Positions 40,131 through 52,776 are shown, numbered from the stretch's first letter. The stretch is DNA of 64,000 nt from Haliotis rufescens (GCF_023055435.1 NW_025963835.1:27466001-27530000), one strand, 5' to 3'. Notes: a model not told the origin generated them from the sequence alone. Translations and numbers: made by a program.

Positions 40131-40401
40131 GGTTTGTTGGTTGGTTTGTTGTTTAACGCTGCACTCGGCAATATTCCAGCTATATGACAGTGGTCTGTAA
40201 ATAATCGAGTCTGGACCAGACAATCCAGTGATTAAAATGATGAGCATCGGTCCACGCAATTGGGATACGGTGACATGCATCAACCAAGTCAGCGAGCCTG
40301 ACCACCTGATCTTGTTAGTCGCCTCCTACGACAAGCATAGTCGCCTTTTACGGCAAGCATGGGTTGCTGAAGACCTTTTCTACCCCGGATCTTCACGGGT
40401 C
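40131..40401 (-). mobile_element. Retroposon family B, near-consensus, double module
   Basis: Full-length; TSD CAAGTCA(T/C)CATGGT. Confidence 0.9.
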
Positions 40402-42679
40402 CAAGTCACCATGGTCACCTTTGCTATGGTCTTGATTATTATTCAAAACTTCTTGAATGACTTTTATATCTCTACTTGATTTGTCAAAAGTGTAAAATGG
40501 TAAATTGATCAAGTACTTCACTATTAGAAGTTTTATTAACTTTAGAATGAATCTGCATTAAACAACTTAAACTAAACAATATAGCCATGACAGATTAATA
40601 ATAGTCAAATAAAAACATTGGATGTTCTTTGAGTAGTATACTATATGGATCCTCACAAAGGACAGAACAGAAACGAAACCCGGAAAAATAATTTGTCCTC
40701 ATGTTTACCCCAAAAATAACAAATATCTTCTTCACTGGACATGCAGGGTGTCCTGTGAAAAAAAAGGAGTATAAAAAAATAATTGCTTGGCTCTTCCTTT
40801 CACAGAAAAAAAGAAGTTTTAACCAGTGACCTTATTTATGTCCTGTCTAAAAAAAATATGAACACAACTAAAATACACTTACAATTGACAAATCTTCAGT
40901 TTAAGATTTCATGATCAACTCAGTGGAGTGTTTCCCCCGCTTTCAGCAATATTCCAGAAATATCATGTCAGGAGAAACCCCACATTATACCCATGTGGGG
41001 AATCGAACAAACGACAAGCGATTGCCTTAACCACGAGGCTGCCACACGATCAAATGATCCTGCTGAAATTAACTTCAATGAAAAGAAACGGCACCATTAA
41101 ACATGATTAACGGCATAAAAAATCTAAACAAAAGACGGCCGTCAACGTTTAACACTTAACATATCACATCATCTTTATTTGTACTGCTGTTTGCGAAAAC
41201 AATAAATGACCACTGTGTTTGAATAAAAGTTCCAACAGATAACTAGAGATCTGTCACTTTGATTTGTGTCAGGTAATACGATGAGACGACAACTGCCTCG
41301 GCTTGTTTGTCTAAAGCTCGTTTTTCACAGGGCTCTAACCTCACAGGAATTGCAACGTGCTTGTAACACTATCTTCTAATCTATCATTTTCAAGGAACAT
41401 TTTCCTGTCCTCCTTTCTAACTATGTTAAATAACAATCTATTATTACCCTTCTCACGCATGCGACGCCCCAAATATGCCTTCCCTGGGCTAATGACAAAT
41501 GTTATTGTCACGCGTTATCCAAATTTACCACGATCTGTGCCTTGACGTCATGTGCGACAAGAAGCAGAATTTGAAGGAAAAACTGGAAGATTGCTTTTAA
41601 TGGTTACCATGGATATGAATGATTCCGAGTTAAATCAATACATTCACCGCTGGCTTGACATACTTCCTCAGTCGCTGCCATAAAAACTCATCTTACGACC
41701 TCTAATAAAGATCTAGCAGCTTGACAGTCAAAAATAATTTGAGATTTGCCTGTCTGATGGGAGTCTAGTGCAGCCGTCTCAGATTATGTCTACATGATTG
41801 TCATATCTGAATGTCTCATATATACAAACCGTCACACGATCAGGGCAGACAGCGGAAGTGCTGCATAAATATTCTCGAATGAGCCATTGTTTGCAGACAA
41901 ATTTATATGGTACACACTACCCAGATATTGACATCAATGGTAAAGAATACACTTACATGATAAAAGGTGATACAATTAATTTTTAGATGTGTCTGTCTGT
42001 CTGTCTGTATGTATGTATGTATATTGACAATGTTGTTAAACAACACACACATCTCTGAATTTTTTATACAAAACTTAAATCATAGTGGCATAACTGGTCT
42101 TTTGATGCAAAACTGGATATAAGAAATTGGTGTGTGTTACTGGCATATTATTTATGGCTCAATGCTCCTGAAAATTCTTTAGGGCTCATAATGTAAAAAT
42201 GTTGTTGGACATGAGCCTCAAATCATCCAGTTTCGCAGCCACTAACATTGCTTGCACATCACGTAGCCTTGCTCCAAGTCTGTCCTGAATTAAGTCCATG
42301 GAAGTATAGTAATTCTATCCTTACAATAGGCAAGTCTAGATTAGTCGACAGTACGCCAGTCTTTAATAAGGAGAACTTGTTCTTATTCATATGATCTTGA
42401 ATAATGATTTAAACTAATAATCTTTTCCTTGGAGACCTGTCAAATCTATACACTACGGAATCACCATGTGAGAGTTCAGTCTTCGAACAACTAGGAACTT
42501 TACCTGCACACACACAAAAAAACAACTGCAACTGATACATATCCTAGTGATACACTATTTGTAGAATGCAGTCTTATGTTATAGAATCTTGTGTCATTTC
42601 CAACGAGCTAGTTCTAAGTAGCTACAATCCCTAATGACGATTTTTGTTCATGTCACTGGTTAGAAGCTTTCACAGCTTG

Positions 42680-42880
42680 GTTTGTTTGTTTGCTGTTTAA
42701 CGCCGCACTCAGCAATATTCCAGCTACATGACGGCAGTCTGTAAATAATCTGAGTCTGGACCAGACAATCCAGTGATTGGCAACATGAGCATCGATCCAC
42801 GCAATTGGGATTGATGACATGCATCAACCAAGTCAGCGAGCCTGACCACCCGATCCCGTTAGTCGCCTCTTACGACAAGC
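42680..42880 (-). mobile_element. Retroposon family B, 5'-truncated
   Basis: Near-consensus 3' body; GCTTGGT flanks. Confidence 0.88.
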
Positions 42881-43305
42881 GGCTTGGTGTTCTAAAGTCT
42901 CAATGTCCCTTATGGCTGGTTTTGTAAATACGGGGTCAATATCCCCGTTCATTCTTAGAGCTGGTTGTGTCAAAGGGACAACTAGTCCTTACGGCTGTCT
43001 GAATCTAAGCGGCCAACAGCCCTTTCATAATTGCTGTGCTAATTCTCTGATTATCAGATAACATACTAATTAGCACTCATATAATTCCAGCACTATCACA
43101 CAAAGTGCATTAATCTCTCTGATCATTTATTTTTGGGCGTCTTAATCATGGCAATACATAATAAAATAAATAATAACAGGAGAATACTGAGTCACATGAC
43201 TACAGCTTATCTGATTTTTGTCTGGAATATTTGCCACAGTAGGTGCAGGTCAGCTTAAAATCAGTTTTTCACAACTGCTATACATCATACAGTACATAGA
43301 ATATC

Positions 43306-43568
43306 GACCGAAAAGATCCGGGGTAGAATAGGTCTTTAGCAACCCATGGTTGTCGCAAAAGGCGACTGTGCTTGGCGTAAGAGGCGACTAACAGGATTGG
43401 GTGGTCAGGCTTGCTGACTTGGTTGATGCATATCATCGTATCCCAATTGCGTATCGAAGCTTATGATGTCAATCACTGGACTGTCTGGTCAAGACTCGAT
43501 TATTTACAGACCGCCATCATATAGCTGGAATATTGCTGAGCGCGGCGTTAAACAACAAACAAATAAAC
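43306..43568 (+). mobile_element. Retroposon family B
   Basis: Full-length, (CAAA)n tail. Confidence 0.88.
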
Positions 43569-43642
43569 ATAGATTATCAACCTCTCATGTGTGTCCTACT
43601 GATTTTAAGAAATCAGTATCACAATTGTTGCATTTCCTGAAC

Positions 43643-43914
43643 GAGTGAGTGAGTGAGTTGGGGTTAATGCCGCTTTTAACAGTATTCCAGTCATATCACG
43701 GCGTGTCAGCTTAATGTGGGAGGAAAGCCCCAAGTGATGTAGGTCTTAGATGTTTACCACTTCGGTGAAACCCACGAGCACGGGTATGGTGCTGACAAAC
43801 CTAGAAACATAATCGGGCGAACCGGGATTCGAACCCAATCATAGGTTTCTGGCGTGCCCAAGGGAAGCAACTCTGCACAGCGAACTGCGGCGCCTTAATG
43901 CCACCCGTGCCCCC
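43643..43914 (-). mobile_element. SINE family D (tRNA-Leu-like head, (ACTC)n tail)
   Basis: TAAGGCGCCGCAGTTC..GGGTTCGAATCCC; TSD TTCC(T/C)GAACGAG. Confidence 0.82.
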
Positions 43915-43978
43915 TTCCCGAACGAGAACAAGGGGAATAGTATTACCAATGCATGATTCTTACACGTTTCATGAAATC

Positions 43979-44468
43979 ATTATGACCCACACAAGTGTAA
44001 TAATTTCTTTGACCACTATTTCTTTATCATCTTGAGCTCCCCTATTGAAAAATGCACTGATCACCACCGCTGTCTTTGAAAACCACAATTGTCGAATGAC
44101 GTCAACAATCTTCTGCTATGACGTCATTTCAAGTGTGATGTCATTCCGACCTGTCTGAATAAGACTCAACTGACGTCAACAATGCTGTCCAGATGACGTA
44201 AACAATAGACATGTGCGCGTGAAATGATATTTCCCCGAGTGCACATACGACTTTTTGTTAACTCGGTTAATCCTGCCCCTGGGTAATAAACTGAGATACT
44301 TTTACTCTGATAAAGAGTAACATGTTCTGTATCGCATACCAAGCATCATGATACACAACATTGACATTAGTTTATTGTCTCAGGCCTGTTTGCCCCATGT
44401 TATTTATCCTACGCTATTCATCTTCCCCGCTTGGACACTGCTCAGCGTATTACACACGTGGTCAATAA
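43979..44468. mobile_element. Degenerate inverted-repeat element carrying a TGACGTCA cluster
   Basis: TTATGACCCACACAAGTGTAATA versus TATTACACACGTGGTCAATAA termini. Confidence 0.4.
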
Positions 44469-45037
44469 GCACAGCTGCTTATGAAATGTGAATACAAGCC
44501 AGAAACATACAGTTAATTTCAACGTTCCGAACTGCATTTTGTCTGGCAGGGCTCACCTCTTGGTGACCTTGTGATTACATCTCTTGCGGCAAGTCTCCTG
44601 ATCCGCTACAAAATCAATATGTGGGTATTTTTGCCGACTCCAATCAAGGAGAGCTTTCTTTTCTCAGCACATGTTGCAAGAGGCAAGCAACAGGGACAAT
44701 CTCTTGTTATCCGTAATTGTGCTCATGTTGAATAACCATTGATCCTCTCCACAATATCGGTCAGCTATTTCCACACATACAATTTGCTTCCTTCTGTTTT
44801 GCATTTAAATTTAACATCCCACACACCCAATCTGTCATTAAGCCACTAGTCGTAAGCCCGAGAACAATGTATATTCGCTTAATGGGGCTTGGCCAAAAAT
44901 ACTCCTTATGTTCAGATTAAAATATATTGTATATGATACCAAATGACATAAATAATAAGGATTAATAGTTATAATCTGACACTTTTCTATTGTTTGGCTC
45001 ACGAACTAATGGCTTGTTTCAAGTTTTGGACAAGTTG

Positions 45038-45404
45038 GAGTGAGTGAGTGAATATGGTTTTACAATACTTTTAGCAATATTCCAGCAATATCTTGGCGGG
45101 GATACCAGAAATGGGTTTCACACATTGCACCCATGTGGGGAATTTAACCCGTGTTATCGATGTGATGAGCGAACACTTAAACCACTAGGCTACCCCGTCA
45201 CCCTGTCAGTCTAGTGAATTGTTCATTATCGACACAAGGTGAGTGTGTGAGGTTGGTTTTACTCCGCTTTTAGCAATATTCCAGCAATATCACGGGGGGA
45301 ACACCAGAAATGGGCTTCACATATTGTACCTATGTCGGGAATTGAACCCGGGTCTTCAGCATGACCAGCAAATGCTTTAACCACTAGGCTACCTGACCGC
45401 CCCC
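45038..45404 (-). mobile_element. Two adjacent family-A SINEs (45038-45203 and 45238-45404)
   Basis: Two bodies; the second has TSD ATTATC(G/A)ACACAA. Confidence 0.88.
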
Positions 45405-46039
45405 ATTATCAACACAAAGAAGCATTTCCTGTTAGTATAGACAGGAAATATGCTTAAGAATATTCAGGCATTTCAATATTTCCCGAAATATCCTCAGTGG
45501 CTCCCGAACATTTTCAAGTAGCACGCTGGAGCCACACAGCTCCAGGAAAACAAAGCTGATCTGTTTTCCAGCAAACCAAGATCTTCCTCCTACACATTCC
45601 TCCAGGAAGCTGGTGGAGGACTGTGTCCCTGCCCTTCAATCAGTGGACGTTATGAGTTACAACACCACATGGAGCCATAATACTTTATGATAGAGAGCTT
45701 GCAACATCTCCAGTGTCAATGGTGCTTCAGAGGGGGTAAACATGGCAGTCTGTGACAAATGTCGGGGATTTATCTCAGATTCCAAACCGAGTGCTTAGCA
45801 GGCAAATTTGGAAAAAGTAAAACTGTTCAAATTTTTGCAATGCTCTTAATTTTATAAATAGTGATGAATTGGGTAAATTTCAATTCAAATGGGAAATTTT
45901 TTAGTCATTCTGGTCCGAATTTCAGCCTCTTGGTAGGTCTAGATACATTATGTCATAACATCTGGTACCATATAGTTCCTTTAAATATCAGGTCCTTGGT
46001 ATTAATTGTCCATATAACATGTTCCACAGTTTATATTTA

Positions 46040-46365
46040 CCGTATTTGACGTAATAAGCGCCCACGGTGATATTTGCTGATATATTGGCTCATGAACAAT
46101 CCCAATTAGCACCCTTTCCGATTGATCAATGTACACAATACTTATTTATTCGCGTATAATACGCACTCGTGTGTTATATGCAGCCTTAAGTTTGGGCAAT
46201 TAAATTCTTGTAAAATATATCTCTCGTATATAAACATTTCAGGTGTCAGCATAAACCACGGAATTTATCTTTGAACTCTGTTTTTTTCGACAAAATAATA
46301 TTCTAATAAGAGCCCCCTATTTCTAATTTTAAGAGGGCCCTGGGCGCTTATTACGTCGAATACGG
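46040..46365. mobile_element. pogo-like MITE, copy 2
   Basis: Same TIRs, TA TSD. Confidence 0.85.
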
Positions 46366-47097
46366 TAAATGCAAACATATTTTAAATTAAAAATTTCCAG
46401 GATTTATATATAACCAACAGAAACAAAAGTCAAGTTGTCTCACAGTCTTTTATTTTGGACAATGAGAGATCTAAGCTAATTCTGTCATTGTGATTTGAGT
46501 CTTCCTGTTAAATGTCATGTCTGTAGCTCTGCAGCTTAACTCACACATGGAAACGTGGTATTTACTTGCACAGACAGATGAGTAACCATGGACTCCCAGA
46601 AACCATTTGGACATGACACCGCAGCTGAGACTGATGAGGCTGTCATCGGGGGACCATGCTGCATCTTTAACACGATGTCTACACACTTGCTGCACTGAAG
46701 ACTCTGAATTGGTGACTATTAAAACCCCTTTAAGGTTATCAAGGTCAGGACCGCAGGAAACGTGCTACGGTTCCTCCGAAACCTGCTCAAATGATTCTTT
46801 ACTTCAAAGCAATTTGGCATTTACTCACAATGCTAGACCAAATTAATTACTTGTTTTTATGGGATTTTTTGTATGCCAAGATGCAGGAGAGGGAGGGGAG
46901 AGAGAGGGTAATTTGTTGAAGTGGTCATCACGGGACTATTGGGGAAGTCGGTCAACCTTTCGTTATTCTTTTTGAACATTATCGAAAGCAGATACTGGGG
47001 TCCATGTTCTTGTAGTGCCTATGTCTACATTCAACATTAGGGTTAAGACAGGGCGCTATGATGTCATCATGACATGCAAAGACATTCCTGACACAAA

Positions 47098-47292
47098 GTG
47101 AGTGAGTGAGTGAGTGAGTGAGTGAGTGAGTGAGTGAGAATGGTTTTACGCCGCTTTTAGCAATATTCCAGCAATATCACGGCTGGGAACACCAGAAATG
47201 GGCTTCACACATTGTACCCATGCCAGGAATCGAACCCGGGTCTTTGGCGTGACGAGCGAATGCTTTAACCACTAGGCTACCCGACCGCCCCC
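47098..47292 (-). mobile_element. SINE family A with a long (ACTC)n tail
   Basis: TSD CCTGACACAAAG. Confidence 0.9.
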
Positions 47293-48268
47293 CTGACACA
47301 AAGGCTTTGTGTATTGTAAATCATTTCCTACTTATCAGAAAAACACAAAGCACCTTACTTTCTCAGCGACAGACATGATAAAGGAAGGGCCACAATTCTG
47401 TCACCTTGCCAGGAACCTATCTAAAACTGCAAAAAGAATGACATTGGGCCCAAAGCCTGCAGTAATAGTGCCTAAAAATTCCCAAATTCGAAAAAACATT
47501 TCCCAATTCAAGTCATTATTAATGTTATAGTTAAAACTAATGTCATGTCTTAAAGAGGAGAGTCTTACTTCATTGACAGCAGAACCAATAACATGTGTAC
47601 GCATGAAGCAGCTTCAAGATGTTTAATGATTAGTTTTGCATTAATGCATTGAATGCAATGTTGAATGCAATGTTGAATGCAATGTTGAATGCAATGTTGA
47701 ATGAAATAAAAAAAAAAAAAAAAAAAAAATTGAACAAAATTTAAGAAAATAAAAACTTGAACATGTTCAAAAGTTCCAATTAAAAAAAAAGTACCTTCCA
47801 TGTTTGGAATCCGTTATAAATCCCTTCATAAAATCTTCACAAGTGGTAAGTCACCTGACACAAAAGTTTTGCTTTACCCTTGGATCCCCAGAATATCAAA
47901 CGGATAAGACCTAAATCTGAAATATCATGTCGTCTCACAATGAGTCCCAGTGTTTCTCCCAGTCTCTGGCCCTACTCCTGGTCTCCAGGGAGATTTTATA
48001 GGAGCTTCACAAATCTGGGCAGCAGCATCACCTGTGTGCCTTCACAGCAATCAACACTTCATAGCAAGTTGAAGACTACAGTGTTAGACAGTCAGTAGCA
48101 GGATTTAACTGGGTCTACCTATTTTGAGTCGGGGAGACACTCATTTCATAAAAATGTTGGGGTCTAAGGCATGTACATGGGATTCAAGGCTTTCGACATG
48201 TGGCACACCACTTGTCTTCCAACAATTTTATTGAGGTCACAGACAAGACAAGACATAGTTTATTTCAT

Positions 48269-48425
48269 AGTGAGTATGGTATTACGCCGCTTTTAGCAAT
48301 ATCCCAGCAATATCACAACAAGGGACACCAGAATGAGCTCCACACATTGTACTCATGTGGGGAATCGAACTCGGGCCTTCGGTGTGCTGAGCGACCACTT
48401 TAACCACTAGGCTACCCCACTGCCT
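48269..48425 (-). mobile_element. SINE family A, diverged
   Basis: TSD TTATTTCATAG. Confidence 0.85.
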
Positions 48426-48614
48426 CAGGTTATTTCATAGGGCATAGGCCAAAAACAATATGCACAAAGACCAGTATTTCTCACGGCAAGTACTAACAGT
48501 GACTCATACATAGAGCTAGTCCCCTACCCCCAACATCCATACCCAACCCAACCCAACCCACAGCCCATCATAATTACACATGCTCATATGTCTTAAGCCT
48601 GTCACAGATGGGAG

Positions 48615-49093
48615 CAATCTCCTTAAAATCAGACCTCAGTTCTCGCTACCGCTAAACAAAGATCTGAGGACATCCCATTAGAGGTCACGTCAGAACGACC
48701 TTTCATCCGATCAATCAGAGCATCGCTTACCAGATTGTGAAAGTGATAGTCGGAATGGGATTTCTAATCATGCAACCTCGAAAACTTTAACTCAGAACGA
48801 TAGTTACTGGTTTAACGACTGAATCCATACAATCTACACCATCTATTAGCCATTCCAGAATGTTCTTTTGTTCAGGTTTAAATTTGTAATCGAGAAATTG
48901 TCAAAATATGTTTCGAAGCGTAGTCGCCAATTTGATATTAGTGCCGTTAAGCAGGAGAAAGCTGCCTTCTGATTGGTCATTCCATTGGTCGGTCAAAGTT
49001 CGCGCAAGGTCGGTCTGACGTGACCCGTAATGGGATGTCCTCAGATCTTTGTTTAGCTGAAGCGAGAACTAAGATCTGATTTTAATGAGATTG
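48615..49093. mobile_element. Long-TIR MITE (about 65-bp TIRs; superfamily unresolved, possibly Mutator-like)
   Basis: CAATCTC...CTAAACAAAGATCTGAGGACATCCCATTA is mirrored at the right end; imperfect AGATGGG(G)AG flanking duplication. Confidence 0.75.
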
Positions 49094-49687
49094 AGATGGG
49101 GAGTGAGTGAGTGAGTGAGTATTGTTTACACCACTTTGAACAGTATTTCAGCCATATCACAGTGTGTCGGTGGACAATGATGCAGGTCTCAAATGTTTAC
49201 TATAGATGAGGATCTCAATGTCAGATTGAAGGAAATCGACCTCTGACATTCTAAACCTTGATTATGCATTTCCTCCCAGGATAGAATAATCTGATTTGAA
49301 CTGAGGACAAGTTGGTTGTTAACTCATCAGGTCTAACCCTGACACATCCATTTGATTTGGAAGGGGGTGAGAGGTGGGGGGAAGGAAATCATTTGGTTCC
49401 ACCTGCTTCCAACAAACTATTTATTTACTGAGCACCATCAAACAATCTATTCATTTTCACTATTAACACAAAAAAATTATGTTTGGGTATTTTCGACAAA
49501 ACATTTCATTTAAACTATTCATTTGAAAAAGCTTCCTAACCACCCCATAGAAATAAAATGGATGCTCCCGAAGTAGTAATCAATGAATCCATTGTATAAA
49601 TTTTCAAGATCTTAGAAAGGTTTTGGCTTTTGTTTTACCCAATTTTCATCACCTGTTCATGTCTTGTGTAACCCAAGTGGAGTACTA

Positions 49688-49858
49688 TGTGAGTGACTGA
49701 GTGAGTTTGATTTTATGCCGCTTTTAGCAATATTCCAGCAATACCACAGCAGGGGACCCCAGAAATTAGCTACACACATTTGTACCCATGTCGGGAATCG
49801 ACCCATGTCTTCGGTGTGACGAGCAAATTCTATAACCACTAGGCTACCTGACCGCCCC
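49688..49858 (-). mobile_element. SINE family A
   Basis: Family A body. Confidence 0.85.
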
Positions 49859-50734
49859 TGGACTATGATGTACACTTCTAAAATTTGAAAATATTCACAT
49901 CACTTCTGCCATGTTCTGCATCTACTCTGTTTAGTCCAAAATGGCCAAACCTCTGTTTTGGCAGCAACATTGCGTCAATTAGCCAACACAATTTCTATTC
50001 ATTATCAGCTAGCCACCAGTTTTCGATCTTGCATCTATCTACACAAGTTCATCTTACTTGACTGAATTAATTTTACTCAATTCAGCTTTGGGCTGGCTGA
50101 TAAATTCATATGCAGCTGCTTAACGTGTATACCACATACATATGCCAAAATGTAACCATGGTAACTGTCCATGATCAGACCAATTTGTATTCTGCATCAA
50201 CACAACATAGTGATACCAACCCTGCATTAGTTACTTCCCTTGTCAACATCAACTTCACGAAGACCAAGCAATGAAACATCTACTATTTCAATGTTGTGTT
50301 AATTGTGATAGTTTCAGACAGAAATGTATGGGCCTTTGTTTTTCAAAACCTAATATACAGACCCAAGCCTCATTTATTAATTAGGGCTTTACCATCATAA
50401 TCATGATAATCATATATGTCAGAACAATTGGCCCACTCTGCATAATAACTTACGTGATGTAAACCATAAAAAACAATGTAGAATACATGAACAAATCCTA
50501 CTAATATTGGACACTGCTAAAAATAACCGCTCGCAGTCACCTGACTGCCAATCATTACCCTGATTGTGACCATGCGATAAAAAATCAAAGATGATGTTTA
50601 TCGCAAGAAAAATGGATATTTCTTGAAAAGAGTAATTTGCAATTTTGGCTGGTTGTTATTACTTTATTGAGATATTTTCGTTAATTAATTGCGATTCTAC
50701 TTTGAAGTGGTGAGGACTATAGAATCCTTACCAT

Positions 50735-50977
50735 GACCCGTGAAGATCCGGGGTAGAATAGGTCTTCAGCAACCCATGCTTGCCATAAAAGGCGACTAAC
50801 GCTATCGGGTGGTCAGGCTCGCTGACTTGATTGATGCATGTCATCGATCCCAATTGCGTGGATCGATGCTCATGATGTCAATCACTGGATTGTCTGGTTC
50901 AGACTCGATCATTTACAGACCGCCGTCATATAGCTGGAATATTGCTGAGTGCAGCGTTAAACAACAAACCCACCTAA
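50735..50977 (+). mobile_element. Retroposon family B, single module
   Basis: Starts GACCCGTGAAG; perfect 14-bp TSD AGAATCCTTACCAT. Confidence 0.92.
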
Positions 50978-51959
50978 AGAATCCTTACCATGTAATATTT
51001 TCTCAAAATTTCAAAATGAGCACTTCCTACATTTGTTAGCCTTGGGACATTTGTCCTTAGATTTAGCTTACACAAACACATAACCAGGGCAAGCACCTTT
51101 TATTCAAAGTTTTATTCACTTCACATCCAGTATGACAGATGCCACAGCCTTTCTTTTCCTGGACCATTCTAAATTATCCATGACAGACTTATCTTGACTA
51201 TGAATACCAAAGAGCTGTCTTGGATTCATTACTAGTTTTGTCATGTTTCTGTCCAGGTCGGCAAATGGAACTGCCCTTCGGAAAATAAATGTTGACTTAC
51301 CATAGTAACTGTTTCTGAACTTACACTGCTTGCTTCAATTTGAAGGTCAAAGCAGAGGTCAAATTTATGACAGTGTCAATGCTAGGGTTGTCATCAAACA
51401 TCACAAAATACAATACAACACACAAAAAGCCTACCCATGTATAGATTCATGTGTTATTTCTGATTCTAAAAAATTAGTATTTACGTTTTGCAACAACTTG
51501 GTCTAATGACTGCTTGGGCTAGTGCTACTTTACTGTGTATCACGAAACAAAAGGCTAAATCTGACTGCATAAAACATGTACTGTCAGGACAAACCAGTCA
51601 TGCAAGTTAAACTGAAACACAAACAAATTGAGAATGATGATCAGATGTATTTGGACTCAGGTAAGCTTGCTTCTACATCCCTAGCGTGTGCTTCTTAATG
51701 CTTCCTCTTACAAGCTTAAACACAGTCTGCGACTTGAGCCATGTGTCTGAAAAAGTCTGGTAACATTCTGTTCAGTCTAGTAAGCTCAGTTAATAATAAT
51801 CCACATAATAACACCAAATTCTACTTAAAACGATGCACTGAGCCATGTTTGAGCTAGTAGTTTCAAAAGTCTTTGGCAGAGACTGAAAACATGTCAAACC
51901 CAGGAAATGTCTATCATTTTACCATAATACCATGTGCATTTAATTACGAAACCCCATCC

Positions 51960-52222
51960 CCTCCACCCACCCATACCCACCATGTCCACACACCCACCCA
52001 TGCCCACACATACACCCAACATGCCCACACACCCACCCAACATGCCCTAACACCCACCATGCCCACACATCCACCCATGCCCACACACCCACCCATGCCC
52101 ACACACCCACCATGCCCAAACACCCACCATGCCCACACACCCACCCATGCCCACACACCCACCATGCCCACACATACACCCAACATGCCCACCCACCATG
52201 CCCACACACCCACAAACACAAA
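51960..52222. repeat. CA-rich low-complexity repeat
   Basis: CCCACACACCCACCATG variants. Confidence 0.9.
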
Positions 52223-52627
52223 CATTTCATCTTTCTACACTTGTCTGCTACTTCAAATCTAAGTGGATAGGCAACCGTTCACTACTGTCTCTTTGTGAGA
52301 CCTTCACTGGGTTGCTTTATCTTAATCATTGCTTCCACCTGGTCTTGTGTCGGTGGAACTGGCAGGATCTGACTGAATTAAACTCCAGTAAACCAGATCA
52401 AAAACACATTACCATTGACACAGGGACATACAGAGACATACTGGTTAAATATTCATAAGAAAACTGGTCTGAAAGATACACTATCCCGTCAGCCTGAGGA
52501 GGGAAGATTTATGTAAGGATCAGTAAAGGCAACTGACATGGTAGCCCAGCTGGTGTATTTTGCCATGCTATTTATACGATTGAGTGACACAACAAAATAG
52601 ATATATAGGGTTTTTGGAACATGTAGG

Positions 52628-52776
52628 CAGCGGTAGAAACTAAGTTTTCATCCACTAGTCCTTATAACAACATATAGCAAAAGAATTAAAAAGGGCAAAT
52701 TTCTACTAGTCCTTGATACCTTAACTATGGGGCAGTTTGGCAAGGACCTCAGGACTAGTGCCAGTTTCTAACGCTG
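52628..52776. mobile_element. Short MITE, CAG..TAGAAA family, 5-bp TSD
   Basis: CAGCGGTAGAAAC...GTTTCTAACGCTG with GTAGG on both sides. Confidence 0.75.

Noticed and set aside
46471-46782. WD40-looking peptide VKDAAWSPDD as a minus-strand exon
   Set aside because: All frames from the nearest acceptor hit stops, and the donor phase is incompatible with the next exon.
50735-50810. Canonical HDV-like ribozyme assignment for the family-B 5' end
   Set aside because: I could not place P3/L3 (YCC-containing loop) and the P1.1 GG in the required order; left as an unclassified structured motif.
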